A DNA stretch of 57,836 nt, filler included, from Asterionella formosa (taxonomy: Eukaryota): the NCBI GenBank assembly GCA_002256025.1. It is 6 parts of 6 records of this genome, joined end to end, with 100 filler letters (N's around TTAATTAATTAA, not from the genome) between each part and the next. Parts side by side here need not be neighbours in the genome. Positions count along the whole stretch, not along the records: positions 28,982 to 38,535 come from NKIB01010516.1; positions 38,636 to 48,186 come from NKIB01010527.1; 4 more parts are not named here. One strand, 5' to 3'. Shown in pieces: positions 36,584-48,286 of this stretch. Under the pieces are notes generated by a model. It searched no databases. It had not been told where the DNA came from and saw only the letters and a program-made list of their open reading frames with translations. Each line of letters opens with the position of its first letter. Position 1 is the first letter of the stretch. A program made the position numbers and the translations under genes.

Positions 36584-38535
36584 CTAAACTTGTAGAAGTG
36601 GATGCCCACCATTGCGACGATCCTTCATCATTTGGTTGATTATCTGGGAGACTGTTTTGTCAACACCATATGCTTCATAAATGCGGTCAATGGCTACATG
36701 AGCTGTAAATCCAGCTCGAACTAAGCGTGCCACTGCTTCCCACAAAACCTTGCGCCGACAATAGAGGCACTTTACACGCCCCCTTTCAACCCTTGTAAAT
36801 AGCCTAGCAGGCTTTCGACCACCAATTCCCACTTCAAACTCCTGCCAGAGTAAAAAAAGTGTCTTTGGGGTCTTTCTAAGACTGCTGTGGTATTTTGGCT
36901 CCACAACCATTACACCCACATCAAATCCGAATTCATTTTCGACTTGTAGTTCATTGTCATTTTGATTGTTATTCACTCCTGGAGCCTGAAATTCGAAATT
37001 CCCATCATTGAAAGTTGGGGGCGCAGCTGTAGGGGCGAGCTTGAGACCATCAACTTTAAACCTTTGCCCTGACATTCTTGTAAGGCGATTGAGACTTGTA
37101 TTCAACTTTGTCATCCCCTTTTGCATAGCTGACTTGAGTACCACTATTTGCGCCTGCATCTCTTTCATGTCTCGTTGTGTTTCCTTCTGCAGTGAATACA
37201 GCCCAAGTACCACATTCCTCTGCTGACCAGCTAGTCGTCGTTGTGCTCCACCTGCTGGGGGCTGTTCCCCTTGTGGTACCACCTTGCATACACCTTGATC
37301 GAGATCCGCACCAATTTCGTCAATATATACCTCACCTTCTGCACCAGTAATAATAATAGGAATTTTTTCCACTGGATTGGCAGCTGCTGGAAGGCGACGC
37401 ACAAATGCGTATGCTGACCTGACGCGCTCTGTCAGTGTATCTGGTAGCCCTGTAGGTGTGGCTCAAAAACGGCCAATAGTAGTGGCCGTGCTAGCGTCAA
37501 TGCTACTTCACGTGGGAACTGCAGGAGAATATTTGGAGCAACAGTTTCCAAAAGCCAATCATCAGTCACACCGCAACTCTCTTTGAGCACATACTTACAT
37601 GCTCCTCCAATACACAGGGCTGCTGCCACCTTGGCATCAGGATATGGAAGATCAACATCAATGTAAGTGTCTACTTGCTTTGTGTGTCGTTTCCAGCGAC
37701 CGCGGAAATCTATATCATCGCGGGAGCATCCATTCCTTCGTGCATGGGTTGAGGGATATTTACGAAGGCTGTGTGTTCCAATTAATCCAATGATGCCAAG
37801 CTTGTTGAACTCACTACCTGACCAAACTTCATCTCGCAGGATACGATATGCCTTATTTTTTGCATTCCGAGGATTATCGGTTCCAAGAGGAAAAACCCAG
37901 TCATTCTCCAATGAGCTGCCATTGGACATTCCTTCTGTCTCGAGGTGGATTGCCAAGTTAAGTAGTACACAATACTGTGGGTCCATTGCACCCATGAGGA
38001 ATTGATCTGGTGCATCCCTCTCATCCTTGACATTCTTGGACCAACACAGCTGACATATCAGGGTAAAAGGAAAACGAAGATTGGGTTTCAAGTTTTCCTT
38101 CTTCAATTGGACACAATCGTCGATCCGGCCGACCATGTGGAATTGGAAGGAACATAGAGAAACCATCTGGTAGCGGCGGATACTGTCTTTGCATCGTCGA
38201 AGTGCATTTATTGTGTTGGTAAATTCTTGGGCTTCAAGTGGACGACGTGCTGCTGATGCTTTTCCCTGCTTGCGGACCTCCTTTTTCTTTACAGCCTTGA
38301 TTAGGTCAAGAACAAGCACAGATCTGGTTGGATTTCCACAGTTGATCATGACATTCCAAGTCGAGAGCCGGAGTGGCATGAAGTAGGACAATGCCTTCTT
38401 GTAATATTCCAATGAGGTTGATCTACCATATGTTGGATTGTCGTTTTGGCTTGGGTTTGGTTTACCATAAGTCTTCACAGCCATCCATTTGTATATGTGT
38501 TCAGGCTTGATGTCTGCTAGCTGCTCTAGACTAAA
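36584..38535 (-). mobile_element. Crypton (CryptonS-type) tyrosine-recombinase DNA transposon ORF with a C-terminal GCR1_C-like domain; one frameshift near 37445; 5' end lost at the contig end
   Basis: YR catalytic set R (GRIDD), K (WSKNV), HxxR (GTHSLRK), W (RGRWK), Y (VDTYID). The C-terminal PKTLFLLWQEFEVGIGGRKPARLFT...YCRRKVLW is GCR1_C-like. The frame is open upstream to the linker (FSLEQLADIKPEHIYKWM). Confidence 0.9.
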
Positions 38536-38635
38536 NNNNNNNNNNNNNNNNNNNNNNNNNNNNNNNNNNNNNNNNNNNNTTAATTAATTAANNNNNNNNN
38601 NNNNNNNNNNNNNNNNNNNNNNNNNNNNNNNNNNN

Positions 38636-39120
<485 letters not shown>

Positions 39121-39683
39121 GTTGGATGATTTCGTTTTCTTGCAACGGTAGCGAAACAATGTGTGGACAAATGGGTGAGTGGACGATGGAATGTGTTTCA
39201 CTCTCACCAACACTTAAAATCATTGCCTGCTGCACTACTGGTAGGAAATTGGGGAAGTCAAGTAAACAAACAAGAGGTAAGAGGTAAACACTTATTGACT
39301 TGATCGACTAAAGTGTGTAGATTAATACCACCGGCCATGTATGATGGCAGTACCCTGGTGCCGGTAGATGTATCATACAGATGAATGTACTACCGGTACT
39401 ACCTGGTACTCCCAATGTATAGTAACAGTTGCATCGATAATTCAAATTTATCCGGGGCCATTTTGACTGCTACGATTTTCTCCGGCTCAATAGCCCTAGG
39501 GTGCAGCTTGCTCTAAGGTACGAATCCATGCATAAAATATATATAGAAAGATTAAAATTAGCAACTACATTTGAAAAAACGTTTTTCGGCTTTTTTGACT
39601 TCCACTTTTGCTCATCCTCTCGAGCGAAATGCAGATGCCTGACCCCCCTTTTTTTCTTGCCACCACCTCTTCTCAACAAGCAC

Positions 39684-41040
39684 ATGAGAAAGGATCTAAC
39701 ACCAGAAGAGCGTCAACTCGTGTTGGATTATGGTTTACGGAACCTCCAAAAAGGACCTTATGGAGGGGACGAAATAGATGGTCGGCTCGTTTTAGTGCAT
39801 CGAACCGTTAAATTTTCGGCGGGCTGGTTCAAAGTTGATAAAAGAACTGTACAACGTATTTGGAACCGCGCGCTCGAATCCTATTATAATGATGATACTT
39901 ACATGTTTGCATCACTTACCCGCAAATTATTGACTGGGTATACTTGCAAATACCCAGCAACATGAAGAAATAATTGCAGTGATTAGACATATTCCATATC
40001 GCAAGCGTACTAGTACATATCGTAAATTAGCAGCTGCTCTTGCCCTTCCCAAGTCAACAGATTTTTGGATTGCAAAGGATAACAGAGAGAATGTAATACG
40101 ACCGCACACAAATGCAGTCAAGCCAATGCTTTTGGAGGAGGGTAAGATAAGTCGTTTTATGTCTTGTGTTAATCATTCACAATTGAACCATCCAGATCAA
40201 GAACATCCTTCCCCTGACATTTATTATGATCCGGGATTGTTTGGTTATTATGATGGCTGCTATAACCAAGTCCATATAGATAAAAAGAGGTTCTTTGTTT
40301 CAAATGGAAAGTTGAAAATATATCTGGCTCATGGAGAAGAAGAGGCTCCCACAAGGCGGACGAAACATAAGGAGCATATCGAAAAGGTCATGTTCCTTTC
40401 TGCTGTGACACGTCCGCGTTTTGACAGTGACAAAGTGTGTAAGTTTGATGGTTAAATTGGAATTTGGCCATTCGTGCACCAAGTAGCAGCGCAAAGAAGT
40501 TCAATTTATCGACCAACAGGGACAATGGAAACAAAGTCACTCCCAGTGACAAAACAGTCATATGCTGACATGATTGTTGATAGTGTTTTACCTATGATAA
40601 AACCGAAGTGGACTGATGGAAACAAAACAATATATCTACAGCACGACAATGCTTCAACACATTATGGTTCCGATTTTGCTCCCTTTGTAGAAGCTGCAAC
40701 AGATGAAGAATGGGATATTCGAGCGATTGACTAAGCAACCAGCAAAAAGTCCGGATTTTAATATCAACGATCTATCTTTTTTAGGGCATTACAGTCAGGT
40801 CCTCAATGGGACTCCGTGGAAGAAGCCCACAACGACGTCGACGGTTTGATAGAGGCAGTGCAGGCAGCATTCGTTTTTTTAACCAACCAAATTAAATTGT
40901 TCTTTCTTAACATTACAGGGTTGCTTGGAAAGAATTTTTTTGGTTAATGGCGACAACAATTATAATATACATCACATTGGGAAGGCGGCTCTGGAATGGG
41001 CGGGAATTTTACCTGATAGGTTGTTAGCAGCTGGGGAAGG
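39684..41040 (+). pseudogene. DD39D mariner transposase with stops and frameshifts
   Basis: TVQRIWNR, VHIDKKRFF, KVMFLSAVTRPRFD, FDG*IGIWPFV, QHDNA and QPAKSPDFNINDL. There are 39 residues between the second and third Asp after removing a 4-bp insertion near 40722. Confidence 0.92.
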
Positions 41041-41341
41041 AGCAAGAATTGAGTTGGCCAGCACATTTCTGGATGATCCTTTTTAACAGTAGGCAGGGTA
41101 TAATGATAAGGGGTTTTTCGTCCTCTCTGGCGCCATTTTGCACGGCTGCATTGGATCAAAAGACGTTCCCCCTTTTATATATATATATACTAGCTAGCAG
41201 CACTGGTTGCTTGTTAATGGTTCTATATGTATTGAACTTATAGTTTCTTTGACGAGTTGGATAACTATAGTTGCTTGGATTTTATTTTCACTACACAGCA
41301 GTAGGATTGTAGGATTTTGAATTTCCTCCATAACAGATTCT

Positions 41342-41767
41342 TCAATTTTTGACCCTAACATCAAGAAACGTAAAAAGAGCAACTCCACCATAACCTCGCA
41401 TATTCATTCTTCGTTTTGTTTGCTCCTTAGAATCTTAAAGTAGTTCAATAACTACAGCAGTACGATTAACATACTGCGCTAGTACCTCGACATTGTTATG
41501 TGCGATCCTCCTTGCAAGATACCCAACTATGCACCTTTGACCTCCTTCTGAATGGAGATCACAGTTCATGCTGGTCACCTCGATAGCGTCCTCGAGTTAT
41601 TGGAGGATCTCGTCCAACACAATACAGAAAGAGAAGAAAACCACAGAGCTAACCTTTACTGTTGATCCGCAACAGGGATGATGGGCGCAACTGCGACCAT
41701 TGTTTCTGGCCATCAAGCCAAGGATCTGACCATCAGAAATGGGCACATCGGCTATGTCAACATCCAT
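41342..41767 (-). pseudogene. Accessory gene inside the mariner: about 141 codons, GRSCxxHxCCG motif, HIRAN-like, two in-frame stops (41597-41599 and 41435-41437)
   Basis: Manual translation: MDVDIADVPISDGQILGLMARNNGRSCAHHPCCGSTVKVSSVVFFSFCIVLDEILQ*LEDAIEVTSMNCDLHSEGGQRCIVGYLARRIAHNNVEVLAQYVNRTAVVIELL*DSKEQTKRRMNMRGYGGVALFTFLDVRVKN*. Not present in the ORF track. Confidence 0.7.
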
Positions 41768-42689
41768 TTTGGCAAAAATGATGATGCAAAATCAACGCAT
41801 TAGCATTGCTTGATATCTATAGTGTACATGTACCCAATGTATAAATATATGTTAAATTTGTTTCGATTAACTTATTTAGATGCTAAATATTTAATTACAA
41901 AAACAGAGTATATGTTCACGTCCATGTAACTCATAAAACGCATTTTTTCGAGTAAGCCGACCCTCACATAGAAATTTGGTATGTTGGCTACATAATCCTT
42001 CATATGCGAACAGTAGATACACTGGTGGTGCCGGCGAATCGATGCAACTGTTACTAGACAGAGGGAGTACCAGATACTGTGCTCCGGAGGAATTCTGAAT
42101 GCTTGGACAAATTGAAAAAGACATCTGTTGACCGACATTTGGCTAAATTTCCTGATACAACAAGTGTGTTGTGCACTCCAATATTGTACAGAGATACGCT
42201 ATGAGGTCAACTTTTATGGTCTTACAAAATTCTTCAAGTTGATTGGTTGCTTATTATGAGTCACTGTTGATGCTTAGTAGGGACAAATGTCCTGCAAGCA
42301 AACTGTCCATCCATGAAGGTAGAATCCCTTATAATGTACATCTGGTGGAATACAAGCAATGTGTCAAGTATGCACGACATTATTGGATCTCAGAGGAAAG
42401 GAAGTGGTTAATGATGTCATGGGGCATCTCATAAAATTTCATGGGGATTGGAATGCCCATGAAAAGTGTAAGGTATTTCATGCTGCAGTATGGTGCATTC
42501 ATAAGGCTCACCATCAAACTGGTAACTAGCTACATTCAGGCTTGTCGGGATTGTCATGATATGCCCTTTGATGAGTGGTATAAGGGATGCAGTACCCACA
42601 AGCGTCATACTGCTCTACTTAGATCTGGTAATCCTGCATATGACATGATCAACTGAATGTCCCAAGGTCACACCCAAGCTCCTTCAGTC

Positions 42690-45600
42690 CTTCGCACATA
42701 TGTGCCCTTGCTTTGAGCTATGTTGCTTGAGCGGTACTCCGAGTGTAGGACAAATTCTCCATCTGTATTCTTTCTTAGGCTTGATCCAGGTACTGCTGGT
42801 GTGCTTGCAATCTTGGGGAGGCTTCCAAATAGATCTTTAAAATCTTCAAACATTCCCTGGACGAAATCTTCCATGTTCGATTCCAGGTACTAGTGTCCAT
42901 CTTTATCAGATCCCAATTCATACCAGAAACAAAGGTGTTTGTTTAGCTGTCCGAGTTCCTTAATTGTAAAATAATCCTTTATTTCTTTCTTAAAGGCAAA
43001 AATGTCTGATGGTTTTCCGGCAATCACGCAATAATCAACATGTGTCCCAACTAATAAAATTAATTTATTGTCCCTTTTGAGGTAGAACACACAAGGATCC
43101 ACCTTACTCTGGGTCATTCCCATATTCAGCAGCCAGACATTGGACAAGTTTCTTGAACCCTTGCAAAGCTGCTTGGACAGTAAAATACATTGCTTTGTCC
43201 AATAGGATGCACGAAGTCTGCAATTCTTGTTCAGTGACATATCCAAATTCTTCAACTCCTTCAGGCCATTCAATGAAGATATTTTCATCCATATCTGCTT
43301 CAAGGAATGCTGCTTCCACATCGATGACTTCGTAAATCCAGCATTCTGCAGGTTTGTTCTTGTGTCCTCCATAGTATAGTGTGATAGCAAAATGGTTTGC
43401 ATAGCAGAATCCTTGGCAACAGGTTCAAAGGAGTCTGTGAAGACAACTCCAGGAATTTGGACATAGCCTTTGACCACAACTCTTCCTTCGAATCTTGTTG
43501 ATAAATCTTGTTCTTGCTTCTTTTAAATACCCAACGTGTTCCCAGAGGTTTTCTTCCATTTAGTTTGTTCCTGGGGAATTTCTTGCAAACCCCTCTTTTG
43601 TAGAAGTTGACGATTTCCGTTTTGATCGCAATAATCCAATTTTCATGTTCTGGATCGTTCATTGCAGCTTTGTAGGATTTTGGTTCTACAGCATCAGAGG
43701 CTAGAGTGGTGCTGTAGATTAGATGGACTTCCATTGATTCATCTTCTTCATCCGCGACTTCATTTTCTTCATCAGGCAGGAGGTTGGCCGGCCGTTTAAG
43801 GAGTTTGGTCAGAGGAAAGTTTTAAAGCTTTCCTGGCTCCTTTAGGTAGGACATCAGTCCATGCAATGCGTTTGAGCTCACGCTCAAGTTTTGTGGTTGA
43901 AGTTATAGAAATATCACTTCCCTGCCCACCTGTTTCTGAAACATCAAAGGTAACTTGTTGACGTCTGGGTGCCAATTGTTGGACTTTTTCATTAGGTGCA
44001 GCATTTGCAGGGGTGTTCATGACATCAGACTCATCACCAGTATGCAACTCATGGTCTTGTGTATCTTCCATTTGGAATTCGTCAATACCAAGTGCATCTG
44101 CATTACCGATAAATGTGGACATACCGGTTTTGGCTGTTGGATCGCATATTCCATGCCAGTTGGCCCATCGGATATTTCTGCTGTTACTTACCTTTTTTAT
44201 CACAGGGTTGTACATCCGGTAGGTATTGCCAGCATGATCATTGGAGTATCCAATCATGACACATTTAACTGCCTTTGGGTCTAGTATCTTTTGTTTTTGT
44301 CCAAGGATGACATATCCGATGTGACCAAATTCAATAAGATTCCTGTAGATCATAGGTTCTTTGTCGTAGAATTTCGAGTCAGAACATTTTAAGCCACTGG
44401 AGCGAATTGGACACAATATTTGTGAGTCTTGTGTGTGTGTTGGCAGCTTCCGCCCGCCCAGAGTGTTCCTTGAGCCTCTTCAGGCAGAGAATTTCGCTTT
44501 TATCATGGTGGCAGAGCTGCGGTCACGTATGGTCACAAATTTACGTTCGACAATGCCGTTCTGCTGACGAGGCGTGTAGGGGGCAGTTATCTCGATAGCA
44601 AGTCCGTGTTTCTCGCAAAGTTCAGTTAACGCCTTGAAATTTTCGCCATCATTGTCACATCGAAGTTTCTTGAGGTTATAATTAGCACTCTTCAACTTGA
44701 TGACAAGGTTTTCGACAATTTTCGACATTTCACTTTTCTTCTTAATAAAGAATCTCCATGCTTTTCTGCTATACTAGTCATCGACAACAAGGACCCAATA
44801 ATTGCTTCCAATGATAGACTTTTGTAGGGCCCGCTGATTTCAGTACACAAACGCTCACCTGCATGAGTTGCTCTTGTTGTAGAGAACTTAGGTACTGCTT
44901 TGGCCTTAGCCTTGGCAAGTGCGCACCCTTCACAAGGTGTGAGACTTCCTGTTACTTCGACATTCAGCATCGTCTTCAATGTAGCTCGTAGTGCCAGTCC
45001 ACCTCACCAATGTGTCCGAATTTATCATGTGCCTCGTTGATGTCAATCTTGATATGCTTAGCAGGTGTGAAAAATGGCTGGTGGTAGTTAGCGTGGTAGT
45101 TGTACTAGAAGTCATGACGGTTTCAGTAGTACCAAGGTCACATGTGCCTTCAAAGTAGTATGCATACTAGGAGCTCTTTGCCTTCTTCTGATTTGAATTC
45201 AATGTTCTCGAGTTCACTTGTCTTGCTTAGACTGAGTGTCTGGCCTTTGATACTGACTTCGTAGTCTGCTTTCTGTACGAAGACTCCGATACTCACGATA
45301 TTCTTGTGGAAAAGCGGAGTATATAGGACTTTTTTCAAATGTAGGGTCTTTGCATTGCTCAATGTCACCAAAACGTCACCTCGTTTTGTGCATAGCACTT
45401 CCTTTTCATCACCAACAATCACGCGCACCTTTACCTTCTCAGCGTTCGCTTGTCATACCAAGTTCACTGGATGTGATATGACTGGTGGCTCCAGTGTTGG
45501 CCAACCAGCGTTCTTCTCCTCCACACGATGCACAATACTGAAAATTATTTTTATTTTTTTAGGATCAGACGAAATAAATCCGAAACGACGGATCTCTTCC

Positions 45601-46464
45601 TCTTTCTCTTCAGCTTCAACAGCACAACCAACAAAAAACGACGTCTCCTTCTTGTCCGCTATCTTCTTCTTTTCCTCAGGGCAGTACTTTGCAGTGTGAC
45701 AAGCAAATTTGTTGCAATTGAAACATTTTATGCAATCTGCCAATTTGTGTCCTTGCTTTCCGCAGTCGCGACAAAGACTTTTAAAGTTTCCTCCTGCAAA
45801 TAGGGCTATCTCGTTATATGACTTTTCAGTTTTGAACTTGCGCTTGTAGAAAGCCCGGATTTTGTTCTTCAGTTCTGTTAGGGTGATTGCCGTCATTCCT
45901 TCCACAACTGCTGTGATCACCTCACTATACTCAGAGGGGAGCTTGTCAATTATGTGGACAATGACTTCAATGTCTTGTTTCTGAAAAGAGGTGTTGATTT
46001 GCGTCATTCTGTTGCGAGTCATGTCGAGTTTAATGAACCATTCATCAGGGTCGCTCTTTGTAGACTCAAGGTTGCATTTGCTAAACTCGCCGGAAAGCTG
46101 GATCAAATCAGATGTTTCATGAGGAGCGTATCCTCTGTCACATAGATTTTTCCAGGCTAGGAAGGCATCCCCATCAATTAACTATGCAGTTTTTGCTTGG
46201 GTCACCAAACCAAACGCAATGCCTGTGCAGCTCATTATGAGTTGTTGATATGCCTTGTCGTTGGCTTCATAGATTTTCTTTTCTGCCAGTAGCAGAGGTT
46301 GTGTAAGTTGTGTCACTGCATGGTTTCGTATCACTTGCATAGACAAGGCGAAACCCCATGATCTTAGATAGAGATAAAGTTTTGACGCTCCATTCATGCC
46401 AGTTTGATTCCTATCCATCAAACTTTATCAAACAAATAACCTCGCCCAACTTCTCATCAGCCAT
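42690..46464 (-). mobile_element. Degenerate Ty1/Copia gag-pol (gag, zinc knuckle, protease, integrase, RT; RNase H missing)
   Basis: In order: KFDG..NWHEWSVK, DPDEWF, CRDCGKQGHKLADC, WLANTGATSH, CEGCALAK, ERLCTEISGP, LRCDNDGEN, TAPYTPRQQNGIVER, EPKSYKAAM, PLGTRWVFK, DVEAAFL, QSKVDPCVF, VGTHVDY. Many stops and frameshifts. LTRs were not identified. Confidence 0.93.
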
Positions 46465-47058
46465 GTTGCTGCGTTGGTAATCTGTGTAAAGCAATAGGTC
46501 CGTTTATAAACGTGTTAAATTCCTTACACCAAAAGCAATACACGTTTGCACTTGCTGTATGCTATAGTCTTTCTTTTAGGCAAGTCAAATGTAGACAGCA
46601 ACGTTTTGCTTCCTTATTTTATTGTGAGCTTATAAAACTAGAAGTCGATTTACAATCGATTCAACTCCACTTATTTCAAATCAGTTTGATCTCCTTGGAT
46701 CTTTTGTCCAAACTTTCATACAGGTAACCAAGTAATGATAATGATCTGTTCCTGTTCCTGATCATTCAATCGTTCTTTTACTTCATAACACATCTAGAAT
46801 ATTGTTTTACTTGCATTGTCGGCAGCTCCAATGGCGACGACATGCCTGTGAATAGTTCATTACATAGAACATTTACCTCTCCAAATATTCCATCCCATCT
46901 TATTAATTGTATGTACGTCTTGCTTCATTAGCTAACATTAGTTCAAATATTTCTTCACCGGAAATAGTTTCCCTTTATAATATTGACGACATGTACTACA
47001 TTGATGGAATGCTGTTAGCCCTAACTCAAATCATCCAAGATTTTGTCACTTATGAACA

Positions 47059-48000
47059 TCTACAGAAAAAAGCATATTATTGTATTCTATTTGTTAATAT
47101 ATAGTTGCTATAATAGAATTATTACCGGTCACCATCATGGAACAACCACCACATGAGGGGAATGGTTTAGTGGTTAGTAGCCCACCTCTTGAGGTGGCTG
47201 CAGGTTCGATTCCTGCATTCTCTACCTGTCATACTTTTATGCATTCCCTAGGGCTCCAGGTTGTGTGGCTGATGAGGAGACAGGTCCCGCTGTAGCTACC
47301 ATACAGACAAATCAAGCAAACCAGTGCAAATTGTGTCCATTTATTTGGGCATGAGTGCGATTGTTGGATAGCTTTAATGTACTATAATTTATAATTGACA
47401 ATTGTGTTTTAGAACAACAGCCAGCCAACCACATGAGCAATGCCAATGACATTTGGGGTGTTGTTGATATCCTTGGCCTGGGGTGAGAGGTACTTCAATG
47501 ATTGAAGCTGCAAGTAGCAAGCTTGTTGTTCTGTGATTGTCAAGTTGAATAGTAACAGGCTCGGGCAGTGATGGCCTTGATGTTGTTGGCTTGCCGGAAG
47601 TGTTGCTTCATTGAATCATTTTCGACTTCCTGTTGATGCAGAAATATTTCAAGCTTGTTGTAATTGTGGTCCAATAAACATATTAGTGATGTGTTTGACT
47701 AATCTTGATTTCTATCACGATCCAATTTGTAGAACCCACACAAATTTTTTCCAGCATAGACAGGATTAGAGACAAATGCATACACAGGCACCACTCTAGG
47801 AATTACATATCCTTGTTCAAAAAAGTTGGGCATGCCAGCGCACCAAAAATGGAGATTTTGTTGATCATAGAAACCATTTGAACCTAGAAAAATATCTCGT
47901 TTATTGTTATTCATGTTTTAGACCATGAAGAAAACAACGATGAAGGTGGTTTGTTCATAATGTTTAGCGATCCAGAAGTCATTGTCCTGTACCCCCTCCA
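47059..48000. repeat. Copy of the mariner-associated repeat family (inverted relative to 28982-29625), interrupted by a SINE
   Basis: tctacagaaaaa...ttaccggtcaccatcatg, gccttgatgttg.tggcttgccggaagtg and gatcatagaaac..tttgaacct are shared with the other copies. Confidence 0.8.
47158..47427 (+). mobile_element. tRNA-derived SINE of about 270 bp with a 10-bp TSD (ACCACATGAG)
   Basis: A box TGGTTTAGTGG (47163-47173), T arm GCAGG-TTCGATT-CCTGC (47200-47216), acceptor-like pairing GGGGAAT/ATTCTCT and a non-canonical anticodon hairpin. TSD at 47148-47157 and 47428-47437. The homologous locus near 29510 lacks the insert. Confidence 0.8.
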
Positions 48001-48019
48001 ATTAACTGGTTACCCTGTT

Positions 48020-48186
48020 AACTTTACATCTCATCCATCCAAAGCAGCTGCATCTAGAAAGGGAACATAATCACTTCCGAAATGAGTGATTGCTTGCATT
48101 GTTGTCTTAGATGTATGTTGTCTTAGAACCATTCACCCTAACTGGCCACTTCTCCCAAATTGCTGGTATCATGTTGTTGTTGATGT
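48020..48186 (-). mobile_element. Fragment of a second, related DD39D-type mariner transposase
   Basis: NMIPAIWEKWP...KTTYI~THFGSDYVPFLDAAALDG*DVKLT aligns with VLPMIKPKW...KTIYLQHDNASTHYGSDFAPFVEAATDEEWDIRLT of the 39.7-41.0 kb transposase. Confidence 0.75.
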
Positions 48187-48286
48187 NNNNNNNNNNNNNN
48201 NNNNNNNNNNNNNNNNNNNNNNNNNNNNNNTTAATTAATTAANNNNNNNNNNNNNNNNNNNNNNNNNNNNNNNNNNNNNNNNNNNN

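Larger units (their letters stand above)
39409..42067 (+). mobile_element. Full-length degenerate DD39D (plant-mariner/Stowaway-type) Tc1/mariner transposon, 2659 bp, with 30-bp TIRs and a TA TSD
   Basis: Left TIR ctcccaatgtatagtaacagttgcatcgat (39409-39438) versus the reverse complement of the right TIR, ctccctctgtctagtaacagttgcatcgat (42038-42067). TA lies on both sides (39407-39408 and 42068-42069). Confidence 0.92.

Noticed and set aside
36584..38535. Phage integrase or prophage
   Set aside because: The GCR1_C-like tail and motif context match eukaryotic Crypton elements, and no phage genes are present.
46700..46860. PBS and 5' LTR of the 42.7-46.5 kb Copia
   Set aside because: A TGGT-start motif exists near 46730 on the minus strand, but no matching second LTR could be identified.
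47156..47224. Functional tRNA gene
   Set aside because: The anticodon loop is not 7 nt, the D arm pairs poorly, and the sequence lies inside a TSD-flanked insertion, so a SINE head fits better.
47270..47300. Hammerhead core CTGATGAG inside the SINE body
   Set aside because: No downstream GAAA after a stem II.
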